Source: the human T2T-CHM13v2.0 reference genome, Homo sapiens. From it: a DNA stretch of 64,000 nucleotides. Shown here piece by piece: positions 45,760 to 64,000 of this stretch (positions are counted from its first letter, which is position 1; every line of letters starts with the position of its first letter). The stretch is from the NCBI RefSeq assembly GCF_009914755.1, contig NC_060926.1. One strand, written 5' to 3'. The translations under genes and the position numbers were made by a program. The notes below the pieces were generated by a model. The model worked only from the letters and a program-made list of their open reading frames with translations. It had not been told where the DNA came from and searched no databases.

Positions 45760-45951
45760 TTTCTCTTACACATGTGTACACACGCATACTGTCTTATAGT
45801 CCATGAAAATGGAAAGATTTATTCCAATGGTTCTGTTCTTAATATTCTCAAATGCCTTTATATCTCTTGATATCTTGGCATTTTCAGGTTCATCACAAAT
45901 TCTCCATCTTTCCACATATATCTAACTGTAAGCCTTTGCATGTGCCCATAG

Positions 45952-46066
45952 TGTTACTGGAAAGGGGTCTTGATCCAGACCCCAAGAGAGGGTTCTTGCA
46001 CCTTGTAAGAAAGATTTTGGGGTGGGTCCACAGAGTAAAGCAAAAGCAAGTTTAAGAAAGTAAAGT
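45952..46066 (-). mobile_element. MER41-like LTR 3' fragment
   Basis: TGTTACTGGAAAGGGGTC..GATCCAGACCCCAAGAGAGGGTTCTTG. Confidence 0.8.
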
Positions 46067-46089
46067 ATTTTGTGTGACTTCAGGGCCTA

Positions 46090-46620
46090 TACTAGTTCCA
46101 TTTGGCCCCATAAATATCTCTAGAATCTATTCCTTTCTTGTTTTCCTCTGCTCCTGCCTTTATCAGTTCTCTCCTTGTATTATTGCAGTAGGTTTCTAGA
46201 TGGTAAATGTCCCTCTTTTCTTCTTCCCCCAATCTCTTTTTCATACTCCGCCAGAGTACTTTTCTAAAATACAAATCTATTCATTTTATTCCCCTGCTTA
46301 AAATTCTTCAGTGGTTCCTTGTGGCCTACAAAATGAAGTTCAAACTCCTTATCATGGCACATCCATCATCTGGTTCCTGCTTACATTTTCAGCATCATTT
46401 CCTACTACTCCCCCTTTCCCACTCTGCATTCCAGTAACACTGAACTATTTATGGTTACTGGAACTTAACACGTTCTTGCTAAGCTTTTGCTTATGATACG
46501 TCCCTTGCTTGGAATTTCCTTCTCTCCTGGTCTGCTTTTTGAATCTTTACTTATCTATGACAGTTTAGCTCAAGTTATATTTCTGTGATGCTGATATTTT
46601 AAAATATTCCTTGATATTCC
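46090..46620 (+). mobile_element. LINE-2 3' remnant
   Basis: CCCTGCTTAAAATTCTTCAGTGGTTCC..CAAACTCCTTATCATGGCA. Confidence 0.75.
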
Positions 46621-46638
46621 CTAGAGAGATTGGGCAGT

Positions 46639-47347
46639 ATATTAGTCTGCTTGGGCTGTGTATTAGTCCATTTTCACACTGCTATAAAGAACTTCCTTGA
46701 GACTGAGTAATTTATAAAGGAAAGAGGTTTAATTGACTCACAGTTCCACATGACTGGGGAGGCCTCAGGAAACTTACAATCGTGGCAGAAGGGGAAGCAG
46801 GTGCCTTCTTCACAAGGCAGCAGGAGAGAGAAGCATGAAGTGGGAACTTCCAAACACTTGTAAAACCATCAGATCTCTTGTGAACCCACTCACTGTCATG
46901 AGAACAGCATGGGGGAAACTGCACCATGATCCAGTCACCTCCCTCCCTTGACACGTGGGGATTATGGGGATTACGATTTGAGATGAGATTTGGGTGGGGA
47001 CACAGAGCCAATCCATATCAGGTTGCAGTAACAAAATACTGTAGAATATGTGGCTTAAACATATTTTCAGAAACTTACTTTCTTCCAATGTGGAGGCTAG
47101 AAGTCCAAGATAGGGTGCCAGCAGTCAGGTTCTGGTGAGAGCTCTGGGTTGCCTTCCACTGTGAAATTAGAGAGAAAGAAATCTCTCTCTTATAAGGCCA
47201 TCAATGCATTTGGATTAGGACCCCATCCTTATCATCTCATTTAACCTAAATTAGTACCTAAAAGCCCTATCTCCAAATATAGTCACACTGAGGGGGGATA
47301 GGGCTTCATTATATGAATTTTGGGGGAACACAGTTCAGTTGTAGCAG
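46639..47347 (-). mobile_element. MLT1A-like MaLR LTR, interrupted by an MST/THE1 LTR
   Basis: ATTAGTCTGCTTGGGCTG..GGAGGCTAGAAGTCCAAGAT..TATGAATTTTGGGGGAACACAGTTCAG. Confidence 0.8.
46659..47020 (-). mobile_element. MSTA/THE1D-like MaLR solo LTR
   Basis: TGTATTAGTCCATTTTCAC..GAGATTTGGGTGGGGACACAG..CATATCA; 5-bp TSD GG(C/T)TG. Confidence 0.9.
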
Positions 47348-47720
47348 TATGCAGTATTTGTTGAAAGAAGTGCTACAGTCTTTTTGTTTTATGATTCACT
47401 GTTTACATGATTGTCTTTCCCATTAGATTACACATTTCTTGAGAGTTGGGATTGTTTACTTTTTAAAATATTCTTCAGACTTTGAATATGTGGAATTGTT
47501 GAATATGTGGAGTTGTTGAATGGGCTAAGTTAATTGCATTATAGGATGGGATTAATGATGTATATTTAAGTAAGGTAGACGCCTAGAGTAGGTCTTCTGG
47601 ACTGCTAACTTTGACTGACATTACTGATGAATCATTTTGACCCATTCTTTTTGCCTAGCTTGCCAACTGGATGGGTCCTTTGGTTATATATACTTTCATT
47701 CAAAGCATTTTATAACATTA

Positions 47721-48092
<372 letters not shown>

Positions 48093-48429
48093 TCACGATT
48101 AGAGGAGACCAAGATACATTTCCTCAGCTGTTAAACAACTTCAATCTGCTAAAATATGCTACTTCATTAAGATTTTGGGAAAGAAATTTTAAGTAACAGT
48201 TTAATGTTTTGGTGTCCATCATGTCTCCTTTGCTGGAGCAATAATAGATTTTGCATATATTTTATTGTCTTTTGTGTAGAAAGCATGGTATAAAGATAAA
48301 TACATTAGAATACAAAAATTGCTCCCTCTGGATGATGTTAAAAATAAGACACATGTTTTTCAAGGTATTCTGTTGCTGTTGATGAGTTTTGAGAGTAATA
48401 CAAACATAGGTATGAATTTTGTTAATACT

Positions 48430-48500
48430 GCTTTTCAGTGAGCCTGGTCAATTAAACCTCTTTGAGTCTCAGTTTTCTAATCTGTAAAGTGATACATTTA
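48430..48500 (+). mobile_element. MIR core fragment
   Basis: AACCTCTTTGAGTCTCAGTTTTCTAATCTGTAAA. Confidence 0.6.
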
Positions 48501-48558
48501 TATTACAATTTGGTTTATTTAAATGCATTTTAAAATTGAAAATGTAAAACATTCATTT

Positions 48559-48904
48559 ATAGTCATGCACCACTTAATGATGTTTTTTGGTCAACAGCAG
48601 ACCTAATGAATATATGATGGTGGTTTGTAAGATTGTAATATTGTATATTTACTGTACTTTTTCTGTGTTTAGATACATAAATACTTAACATTGTGTTATG
48701 TTAGTATTGCCTACAATATTCAGTAGTATAGTAACATAGAGTACAGGTTTGTAACCTAGGAGCAATAGACTTTATAACCTAGGTGTGTAGTAGGCTATAC
48801 CATGTAGGTTTGTGTAAGAACACTCTATGATGTTCATACAATAACAAAATCTCCTAACAAGGCATTTCTCAGAACTTATTCCCATTGTTAAGCCACAATG
48901 ACTG
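48559..48904 (+). mobile_element. Tigger3a (MER7A/Golem_A) non-autonomous element
   Basis: AGTCATGCACCACTTAATGA start; CATTTCTCAGAAC..TTAAGCCACAATGACTG end. Confidence 0.82.
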
Positions 48905-49420
48905 TTTTAAAATTCTAACAGTACAAAAGAGTAGCCAATGAAAAACTCTTTTTTTCTACTCTAGATCTCTAATTCTTTTTCTTCATCTTTAAAGTGACCA
49001 TTGTTAAGTTTCTTACGTTTTTCCAGAAATATTCTTTTTATATATAAATATAGGTACTTATATATTAAGTATAGGTATGTGTGTGCATATGTACAAATGT
49101 GTGTTTGGGGTTGCCATTAAAAACAATAAGTTATGTAGAATAACTAGTATGAAGCAAAACAGTACAGCAGATTTTAAATGATGAATGTTATTAACTCTCT
49201 TCCCTTTCTTTCATCAAGGCTTCTTAAGGGCTTATGCAGTCAGAAAATTCCTTTAAGATTTGTTTTCATTTTGTAATTTGAAATGTTAATTTTCAGATCA
49301 CAAAGGTTGTCCATGTTCACATATAAGCAGAAAAGTAATTAATATCTAACACCAGGTAATGATTTATTCCTTGCCGGTTATTTGAGATTTTTCTGTACCA
49401 TGCTGTTTCATTCCATTAGC

Positions 49421-49631
49421 ACAGTGGTATTTAAGTAGAGGTGATTTTGCACTCAAGGACATTTGGCAATATGTGGAGACATTTTTTGGTTGTAACATCT
49501 AGGAGATACTGTTAACATTTACTGGATGGAATCTAGGGATGCTGTAACACGTCTTACCATATGTGGGACAGCCTCCACAACAAAGAATCATCTGGCACAA
49601 AATGCAAGTATTACTAAGGTTAAAAAAACCG
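49421..49631 (+). mobile_element. MER20 (hAT-Charlie)
   Basis: GGACATTTGGCAATATGTGGAGACATTTTTGGTTGT..CACAACAAAGAATCATCTGGC. Confidence 0.85.
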
Positions 49632-50004
49632 TAAGTTAGCATAAATAATAATGAATTAAGTATAAGTTGCAGCCTCGCTCATTCTTTAATTATAGTTTGT
49701 GTTGACTGTTTATTTTGTGATTTTATTATTTTATTATTTTAAAACTAAAATGATCCTAGATTAGATGTTATCTAATATGCAACAGATAGGTACATCTGTT
49801 CTGTTTCTCAGATTCTGATCTTAAAGTCATTTTATCATATAGCATTGGCATTTGTTTTGCAAGTTTTTACCTTAATTAAAAATAAATCAAAGGCAGCAGA
49901 AATCTGTGTGTTTTGTTGTCGTTGTTGTTAACTAAAATGATAAAGGGATCCTCAGCTGTTAAATCTACTTTGTTGTTTTGAGGTTTGACCTGGCCTTATT
50001 CCAT

Positions 50005-50230
50005 ATATAGCCATCTGCCAGCTGGTAAGGTGGTATCTAGTAAGGATATTTAAGAGTGTTGCCTTGCCAGATCTAGCCGTAAGCAAGTCCTATATCTAAA
50101 TTAACCTTTGAGGCTGAAAATCATATAGCCATCTGCCAGCTGGTAAGGTAGCATCTGTCTAGGATGTTCAAGAATGTTACTTTGCTAGATCTAGAGGCAA
50201 GCATGCTCTCTGCTAAATTTCATCTTTACT
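50005..50230. repeat. Diverged 118-bp tandem duplication with an identical 27-bp head
   Basis: ATATAGCCATCTGCCAGCTGGTAAGGT at 50005 and 50123; remainder ~70% identical. Confidence 0.9.
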
Positions 50231-50253
50231 GGACCTCCAGGATCTTTAGGACT

Positions 50254-50350
50254 TGTATTAGTCAGGATTCTCCAGATAAACAGAACCAATAGGAGTAAGT
50301 AGATAGGTAGGTAGGTAGGTAGGTAGATAGATATATGTATAGATAGATAC
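50254..50350 (-). mobile_element. MLT2 (ERVL) LTR 3' end with (TAGG)n/(GATA)n
   Basis: TGTATTAGTCAGGATTCTCCAGATAAACAGAACCAATAGG. Confidence 0.8.
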
Positions 50351-50351
50351 A

Positions 50352-51668
<1,317 letters not shown>

Positions 51669-51670
<2 letters not shown>

Positions 51671-51900
51671 TTTGTTTGTTTGTTTTTGAGATAGTGTCTT
51701 GCTCTGTCACACAGGCTGGAGTGCAGTGGCTGGCACAATCTTGGCTCACTGCAACCTTGACCTCTGGGGCTCAAGCGAGCATCCTACCTCAGCCTCCCAA
51801 GTAGCTAGGACTACAAGGTGTGCCACCATGCCTGGCTAATTTTGTTTATTTTTTGTAGAGATGAGATCTCAGTATGTTGCCCAGTCTGGGCTCAAACTCA
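51669..51900 (-). mobile_element. AluJ lacking its 5' end
   Basis: Stops at CTCAAACTC in the left arm. Confidence 0.85.
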
Positions 51901-51901
51901 T

Positions 51902-51928
51902 GCCTGGTGACACAGTGAGACTCTGTCT

Positions 51929-52010
<82 letters not shown>
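51902..52010 (+). repeat. Alu 3' terminus, ~31-nt poly(A), then (TA)25
   Basis: GCCTGGTGACACAGTGAGACTCTGTCTC, A-run, TA run. Confidence 0.9.
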
Positions 52011-52015
<5 letters not shown>

Positions 52016-52021
52016 TTATTT

Positions 52022-53062
<1,041 letters not shown>

Positions 53063-53244
53063 CCTTAAGTATTGTTCCATGAAATTTTTATTTTAGTTTT
53101 ATGTTTACCTTTGCATTTGGTCATGATTCAAAAAAGCATTTCTTATACTATGTTTCTTTCTATACTAAGTTAACTATAAAATGGTACATCACTGGTAATA
53201 GTGATAATAAACCGGCCATTTTCATGAAAACTTAGTTTTATCTT

Positions 53245-53580
53245 GGCTAGGCACAGTGGCTTACGCCTATAATCCCAGCACTTTGGGAGGCTGAGGCGGG
53301 TGAATCCCTTGAGCCCAGAGTTAGAGACCAGCCTGGGCAACATGGTGAAACCCCGTCTCTACAAAAAAATTAGTTGGGCATGATAGCCTGCGCCTGTGGT
53401 CCCAGCTACTTGGGGGCCTGAGGTGGGAGGATCACCTGAGCCTAGGTGATTGAGGCTGCAGTGAGCCCTGATTGTGCTACCGCACTCCAGCCTGATGGAT
53501 AGAGTGAGACCCTGTCTCAAGAAAAAAAAACAACAACAGCAGCAACAAAAAAACCCACAAAAACAAAAGCCGAAAAGAAA
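53245..53580 (+). mobile_element. AluJb-like
   Basis: TSD AAACTTAGTTTTATCTTG. Confidence 0.92.
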
Positions 53581-54087
53581 AGGAAACTTAGTTTTATCTT
53601 GACAAAGATATCTAATTTGCTTCTAAGCTTTTTAAATTGAAACAATGCATGGCCTATCTTTTGAATTTGTGAGTTTGCCACCCCTGAAAACATCTAAGTA
53701 GATCATCTGTCAGAGATGTTACAGGTAGGATGAATTCCTGCTTTATTATGGAAAATTTGACTTCTAGTTCTTTCCAAGTAATATTTTATAATTCTAACTT
53801 ATATATGTGGTCCTATTCCTAGAAAATGATGTATTCTTTTCATACAGTTTTTCCAGTGGTACTGAAAATAACCTCAGCCCGAATTGGCTTTGTTAAACTT
53901 GGAAGTTTTTCAAGAAACATGACTCTAGAATTCTTTACTAGGTCTTCGCAAAATATTTCGCCTTGCAGTAAGAATTGTGTTCCTCTCATATCTCTTTTTT
54001 TCCTTATTTCCATGCTTTCCCATTTTATTCACATGGACAATTTTTAGTCAATTAGCATTTATTTTGGGGCTTCCTCAAAAACTCTAA

Positions 54088-54376
<289 letters not shown>

Positions 54377-55103
54377 AAAAAACTCTAAATTTACCTCTTT
54401 AGGAATTTCAACCTGACCATTTGTATCTCTTCTTATATTTTCAGTTGTTGCAATAAATTTTAACTTTTTTTATGTTATTTTATAAAATTGTTTCCATTCA
54501 TATATACATTTTCTTTTTTATAACAGCTTTATTGGGATATAATCTACATAGCATATAATTCACCCATTAAAATGCAGAATTCAGTGCTTTTTAGCGTATC
54601 CACAGAGTTGTGCAACTGTCACCACTGTCAATTTTAGAACATTTTTCTTACACCACTAAGAAGTCCCATGTCCATTAGCAGTAATTCTTCATTCACTCCC
54701 TCCCCAAGCCTCTGGCAACCACTAATCTACTTTCTGTCTCAAATTTGCCTGTTCTAGACATATCCTGTAAGTTGAGTCGTATCATATAATATATAGTCTT
54801 TGGTGACTGGCTTCTTTCACTCAGCATAATGTTTTCAGGGTCCATCCATGTTGTAACATATATCCAGCACTTCATTTCCTTTTATTGCCCAATAACATTC
54901 TATTACGGATATACTGCATTTCCTTTATCCTTTCATCAATTGATGGACATGCGGTTGTTTCCACTTTTTAGTTATTATGAATAATGCCATTATGAGTATT
55001 AACGTACAAGTTTTTTTTTGTGGACATATGTTTTTATATCTCTTGCATATACCCAAGAGTGAAATTGCTGGGTCAGGTGGTTAAGGCGTAAGAGTTCTTT
55101 TTA

Positions 55104-55421
<318 letters not shown>

Positions 55422-56380
55422 TTATATTCTGGATACTAGTACTTTGTTAGTTATATGACTTGTAAATTTTTCCCCCATTCTGTGAGTTGTCTTCACTTTC
55501 TTTATGGTGTGTTTTGAAGCACAGAAGTTTTAAATTTTGTTGACATTCTATCTATTTTTCCTTTTGTTGTGCTTTTTGGTATCACAGCTAAGAAGCTATT
55601 ACCTAATCCAGGATCATAAAGGATCTACACCTATGTTTTATTCTGAGATATTTATAGATTTACTTATTACGTTTTGCGTTTCTGATCCATTTTCAGTTAA
55701 TTTTTGCTTATGATACAAGGTTAGGGGATCCAACTTTATTCTTTTATACATGGATATCTAGTTATCACAGCATCATTTATTGAAAAGGGCAATTTTTTCC
55801 CCATTGAATTGTCTTGGCACCCTTGTCAAAAATCAGTTCACCATATATATAAGGGTTTATCTCTGAACTCTCAATTCCATTCCATTGATGTGCATGTCTG
55901 TCTTTATTTCAGTACCACACTGTGCTACAGTCTTTATTTGTTGCTTTGTATTACGTTTTGAAATCAGGAAATGTGAATCCTCTGACTTTGTTCTTCTGTT
56001 TCAAGATTGTTTTGGCTATTCTGGGTCCTTTGCATTTCCATATAAAGCAGCAGCTTGTCAATTTCTACTCGAAAGGCAGCTGGTGTTTGAAAGAGATTGC
56101 ATTGAATATGTAGATAAATTTGGGGAGTATTGACATCTTAATAAATATTAAGTCTTATAATCAGTGAGCATGGGATGTCTCTTCATTTGTTTAGATAAGA
56201 TTACTTTTTTTCAGTGATGTTTTGCCATTTTCATTGTGTAAATCTTGCACTTCTTCTGTTACATTTATTCCTAATAATTTTGTTCTTTTGATGCTATTAT
56301 GAATGGGCTCATTTTCTTAATTTCGCATTTGGATTGCTCATTGCTAGTGTACAGAAATACAATTGATTTTTATATATTGA

Positions 56381-56566
56381 TGTATTCTGCAATGTTGTTG
56401 AACTTTTATTAGCTCTAGTAATTTTTTTGTAGGTTCCTTAGGATTTGCTTATATACAAGCAAATTTGGATTTTGTAGATTCCTTAGGATTTGTTTATATG
56501 CAAATCCTAAGGAACCTACAAAAAATTACTAGAGCTAATAAAAGTTCAACAACATTGCAGAATACA
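56381..56566. repeat. Near-perfect inverted repeat (68/67-bp arms) with an internal direct repeat
   Basis: 56381-56448 is the reverse complement of 56500-56566 except for one base in a T/A run. Confidence 0.95.
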
Positions 56567-56811
56567 AGACCATGCCATCTTCAAACAGAGATGACTTGAC
56601 TTCTTCCTTTCTAATCTGTATGTCTTTTTATTTCATTGTTCTTTTTCTTTCTTCTTTATTTTTACTTTTTGTCTCCTTTCCCTGGCTAGGGGAATCTCCA
56701 GTACAAGTTTGGATAGGTTTGGGGAAGCCAACATTTTTGTCTCGTTCCTGATCTTCGAAGGAAAGTTTTTAGTTTTTCACCATTAAGTATGCTGTTAGTT
56801 GTGGGTTTTTC

Positions 56812-57895
56812 TTTTTTCTTTTTTTTTTTTTTTTAGTATTTATTGATAATTCTTGGGTGTTTCTCGGAGAGGGGGATTTGGCAGGGTCATAGGACAATAG
56901 TGGAGGGAAGGTCAGCAGATAAACATGTGAACAAGGGTCTCTGGTTTTCCTAGGCAGAGGACCCTGCGGCCTTCCGCAGTGTTTGTGTCCCTGGGTACTT
57001 GAGATTAGGGAGTTCAAGCATCTGTTTAACAAAGCACATCTTGCACCGCCCTTAATCCATTTAACCCTGAGTGGACACAGCACATGTTTCAGAGAGCAGG
57101 GGGTTGGGGGTAAGATTATAGATTAACAGCATCCCAAGGCAGAAGAATTTTTCTTAGTACAGAACAAAATGGAGTCTCCCATGTCTACTTCTTTCTACAC
57201 AGACACAGTAACAATCTGATCTCTCTTTCTTTTCCCCACATTTCCCCCTTTCCTATTCGACAAAACCGCCATCCTCATCGTGGCCCGTTCTCAATGAGCT
57301 GTTGGGTACACCTCCCAGACGGGGTGGCGGCCGGGCAGAGGGGCTCCTCACCTCCCAGACGGGGTGGCGGTAGGGCAGACACACTCCTCAGTTCCCAGAT
57401 GGGGTCGCGGCCGGGCACAGGCGCTCCTCACATCCCAGACGGGGCGGCGGGGCAGAGGCGCTCCCCACATCTCAGACGATGGGCAGCCGGGCAGAGACGC
57501 TCCTCACTTCCTAGACGGGATGGCTGCCGGGAAGAGGCGCTCCTCACTTCCCAGACTGGGCGGCCAGGCAGAGGGGCTCCTCACATCCCAGATGATGGGC
57601 GGCCAGGCAGAGACGCTCCTCACTTCCCAGACGGGGTGGCGGCCGGGCAGAGGCTGCAATCTCGGCACTTTGGGAGGCCAAGGCAGGCGGCTGGGAGGTG
57701 GTGGAGGTTGTAGCGAGCCGAGATCACGCCACTGCACTCCAGCCTGCAATCCCAGGCACTCGGCAGGCTGAGGCAGGAGAATTCAGGCAGGGAGGTTGCA
57801 GTGAGCCGAGATGGTGGCAGTACAGTCCAGCCTTGGCTTGGCATCAGAGGGAGACCGGGGAGACCGGGGAGACTGGGGAGAGGGAGAGGGAGAGC
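56812..57895 (-). mobile_element. SVA retrotransposon (older subfamily, A-C like), internally deleted
   Basis: Poly(A), SINE-R, GC-rich VNTR, Alu-like region, (CCCTCT)n hexamers; 15-bp TSD AGTTGTGGGTTTTTC at 56797 and 57896. Confidence 0.96.
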
Positions 57896-57982
57896 AGTTG
57901 TGGGTTTTTCATAGATGCCTTTATCACATTGAGAATGATCCTTTCTATTCCTAATCATGAAATGGTGTTGTATATTTATTAA

Positions 57983-58414
<432 letters not shown>

Positions 58415-58486
58415 TAAATATCTTTTTTGAAATTCTAAACACTAAGGTTGAATTGTCACTAATTTACTTTATTTAAAAATCATAAA

Positions 58487-59205
<719 letters not shown>

Positions 59206-59269
59206 CTAAGTGAATCTTAAAATTGTTATCCTCAAATTTCAGTGATCTTTTACTTTATAGCTTGTATGC

Positions 59270-61170
<1,901 letters not shown>

Positions 61171-61844
61171 TATGGCCCTAAAGAAAGAGATACAGTTTTA
61201 TTCTCTGCTCGCTTTCTTTTCTGTTAGTCTTGATTATTTGTCATTTACAATATTTAACCTTGCTCAGCAAAATTTTAACCTTTCAAATAAAAGAAGTAGG
61301 TTACTGCTTTAAATTATTGCTAAATAATTCTCAGGGCAGGTTTTTCTAAGTGAATTTGAACTTAGAAACATAGAATAGAGATGGATGAAAGTATCCTCAT
61401 TTTATTTATTTTTTTATAAGAAAATTTATTTTTGAAATAATTTGGGGCACATGTGCTTGTGAAGAAATCCGTAGATATTGAGAGAGATGAAGTGTTAAAG
61501 ATAGTTTAATTCAACAAATTTCTAAAAAAATAACAAAACCTAGAGAAATTATGTAATTTGTTTTTTGTGTTGGTGTTGGTGTATATAGTTACATCAAAAA
61601 TTTTAAAGACTTTAGTTAGATGTGTTCTACATGTGGAACACTTTTGTGTTGAAATGTTTTGTGGAGGTCACTAGTGATTTTTAGAACACTATACATGTAC
61701 TAAAATGTTCTATGTAATATTGGATGGAATGATCCATTGTTTTATTTACCCTTCTTTTTCTCTAGAACTTAACTCTACATTTGGAAGTAGTGTATCTTAC
61801 ATTTTTTAATTTTTAATAACAAAGCCAAATAATCTTCTCAGTGA

Positions 61845-62592
<748 letters not shown>

Positions 62593-62720
62593 ATTTTTAG
62601 TTTTTTGAGGAACCTCCAAACCATTCTCTGTAGTAGTTTTATTAATTTACATTCCCACCAACAGTGTATAAGGGTTCCCTTTTCTCCAGACCCTTGCAGC
62701 ATTTGTTATTGCCTGTCTTT
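62593..62720 (-). mobile_element. L1 fragment
   Basis: TTTTGAGGAACCTCCAAAC..TTTACATTCCCACCAACAGTGTATAAGGGTTCCC. Confidence 0.78.
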
Positions 62721-62836
62721 TGCCATGTTGCCAGGGTTGGTCTCAAACTCCTGGGCTCAAGTGATCCTCCCGCCTTGGCCTCCTAAAGTGTTGCAATTGC
62801 AGGCATAAGCCACCATGCCTAGCCCTACAAACATAA

Positions 62837-63484
<648 letters not shown>

Positions 63485-63722
63485 TATACATTGTTGAAAT
63501 AATTTTATTTCATTAGATATGCATAATAATTTTTAGCTCTACAATTTTATGTTCGCTTGTGTTTTTGAGTCTGTAAATCATAATGATGGGCCTATTGGGC
63601 ATTCATTTCAATATAGTATTAGTGTAACAGAGCAAAGAGTATATGAATACTCATGATCCTACCACATTTGGGGATATAGTCTGTAGACCCTTTTTGTGCC
63701 CATGTGCACACACTCACATACA

Positions 63723-64000
63723 TTTTTTTTTTTTTTGAAACAGAGTCTTGCTCTGTTGCTCAGGCTGGAGTGCAGTGGTGCCATCTCAGCTCACTGAGCC
63801 TCTACCTCCCAGGTTCAAGTGATTCTTCCGCCTCAGCCTCCTGAGTATCTGGGATCACAGGCATGTACCTACCACGCCCTGCTAATTTGTGTATTTTTAG
63901 TAGAGACAGGGTTTCACCACGTTGGCCAGGCTGGTCTCAAACTCCCGACCTCAGGATCCACTCACTGCGACCTCCCAAAGTGCTGGGATTACAGGTGTGA
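63723..64000 (-). mobile_element. AluS, cut by the window end
   Basis: Poly(T) plus dimer. Confidence 0.9.

Noticed and set aside
47482-47522. 17-bp tandem duplication (also 11 bp at 10221 and 13-14 bp at 21724)
   Set aside because: Ordinary slippage duplications with no further structure.

Overview
Primate nuclear DNA, most likely human or another hominoid because it carries an SVA retrotransposon. The window is extremely Alu-dense (about 90 Alu copies or fragments, roughly 40% of bases by hand estimate). It also holds L1/L2/MIR remnants, solo LTRs (MER4E-, MER57-, MER41-, MST/THE1-, MLT1-, MLT2-like), DNA-transposon fossils (Tigger1 with both TIRs, HSMAR2, Tigger3a/b, MER82, MER45B, MER20) and one internally deleted SVA. 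I found no protein-coding exon or RNA gene; the listed ORFs are translations of Alu, SVA, other repeats or short unique sequence. Nearly all LTRs, the SVA and the long L1 lie on the minus strand, suggesting a large intron of a + strand gene that I cannot name. I cannot support a new biological system. The most unusual structures are template-switch scars: a ~960-bp near-palindrome at 14397-15355, where an AluS captured an inverted copy of its upstream flank, and a near-perfect 68-bp fold-back at 56381-56566. Also notable are four copies of one target site reused by successive Alu insertions (8662-9455), an inferred inverted-Alu deletion junction at ~51900, a 118-bp duplication with an invariant 27-bp head, and a candidate 56-nt cassette exon. 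Family names come from recalled consensus sequences, not database searches, and repeat boundaries are approximate.
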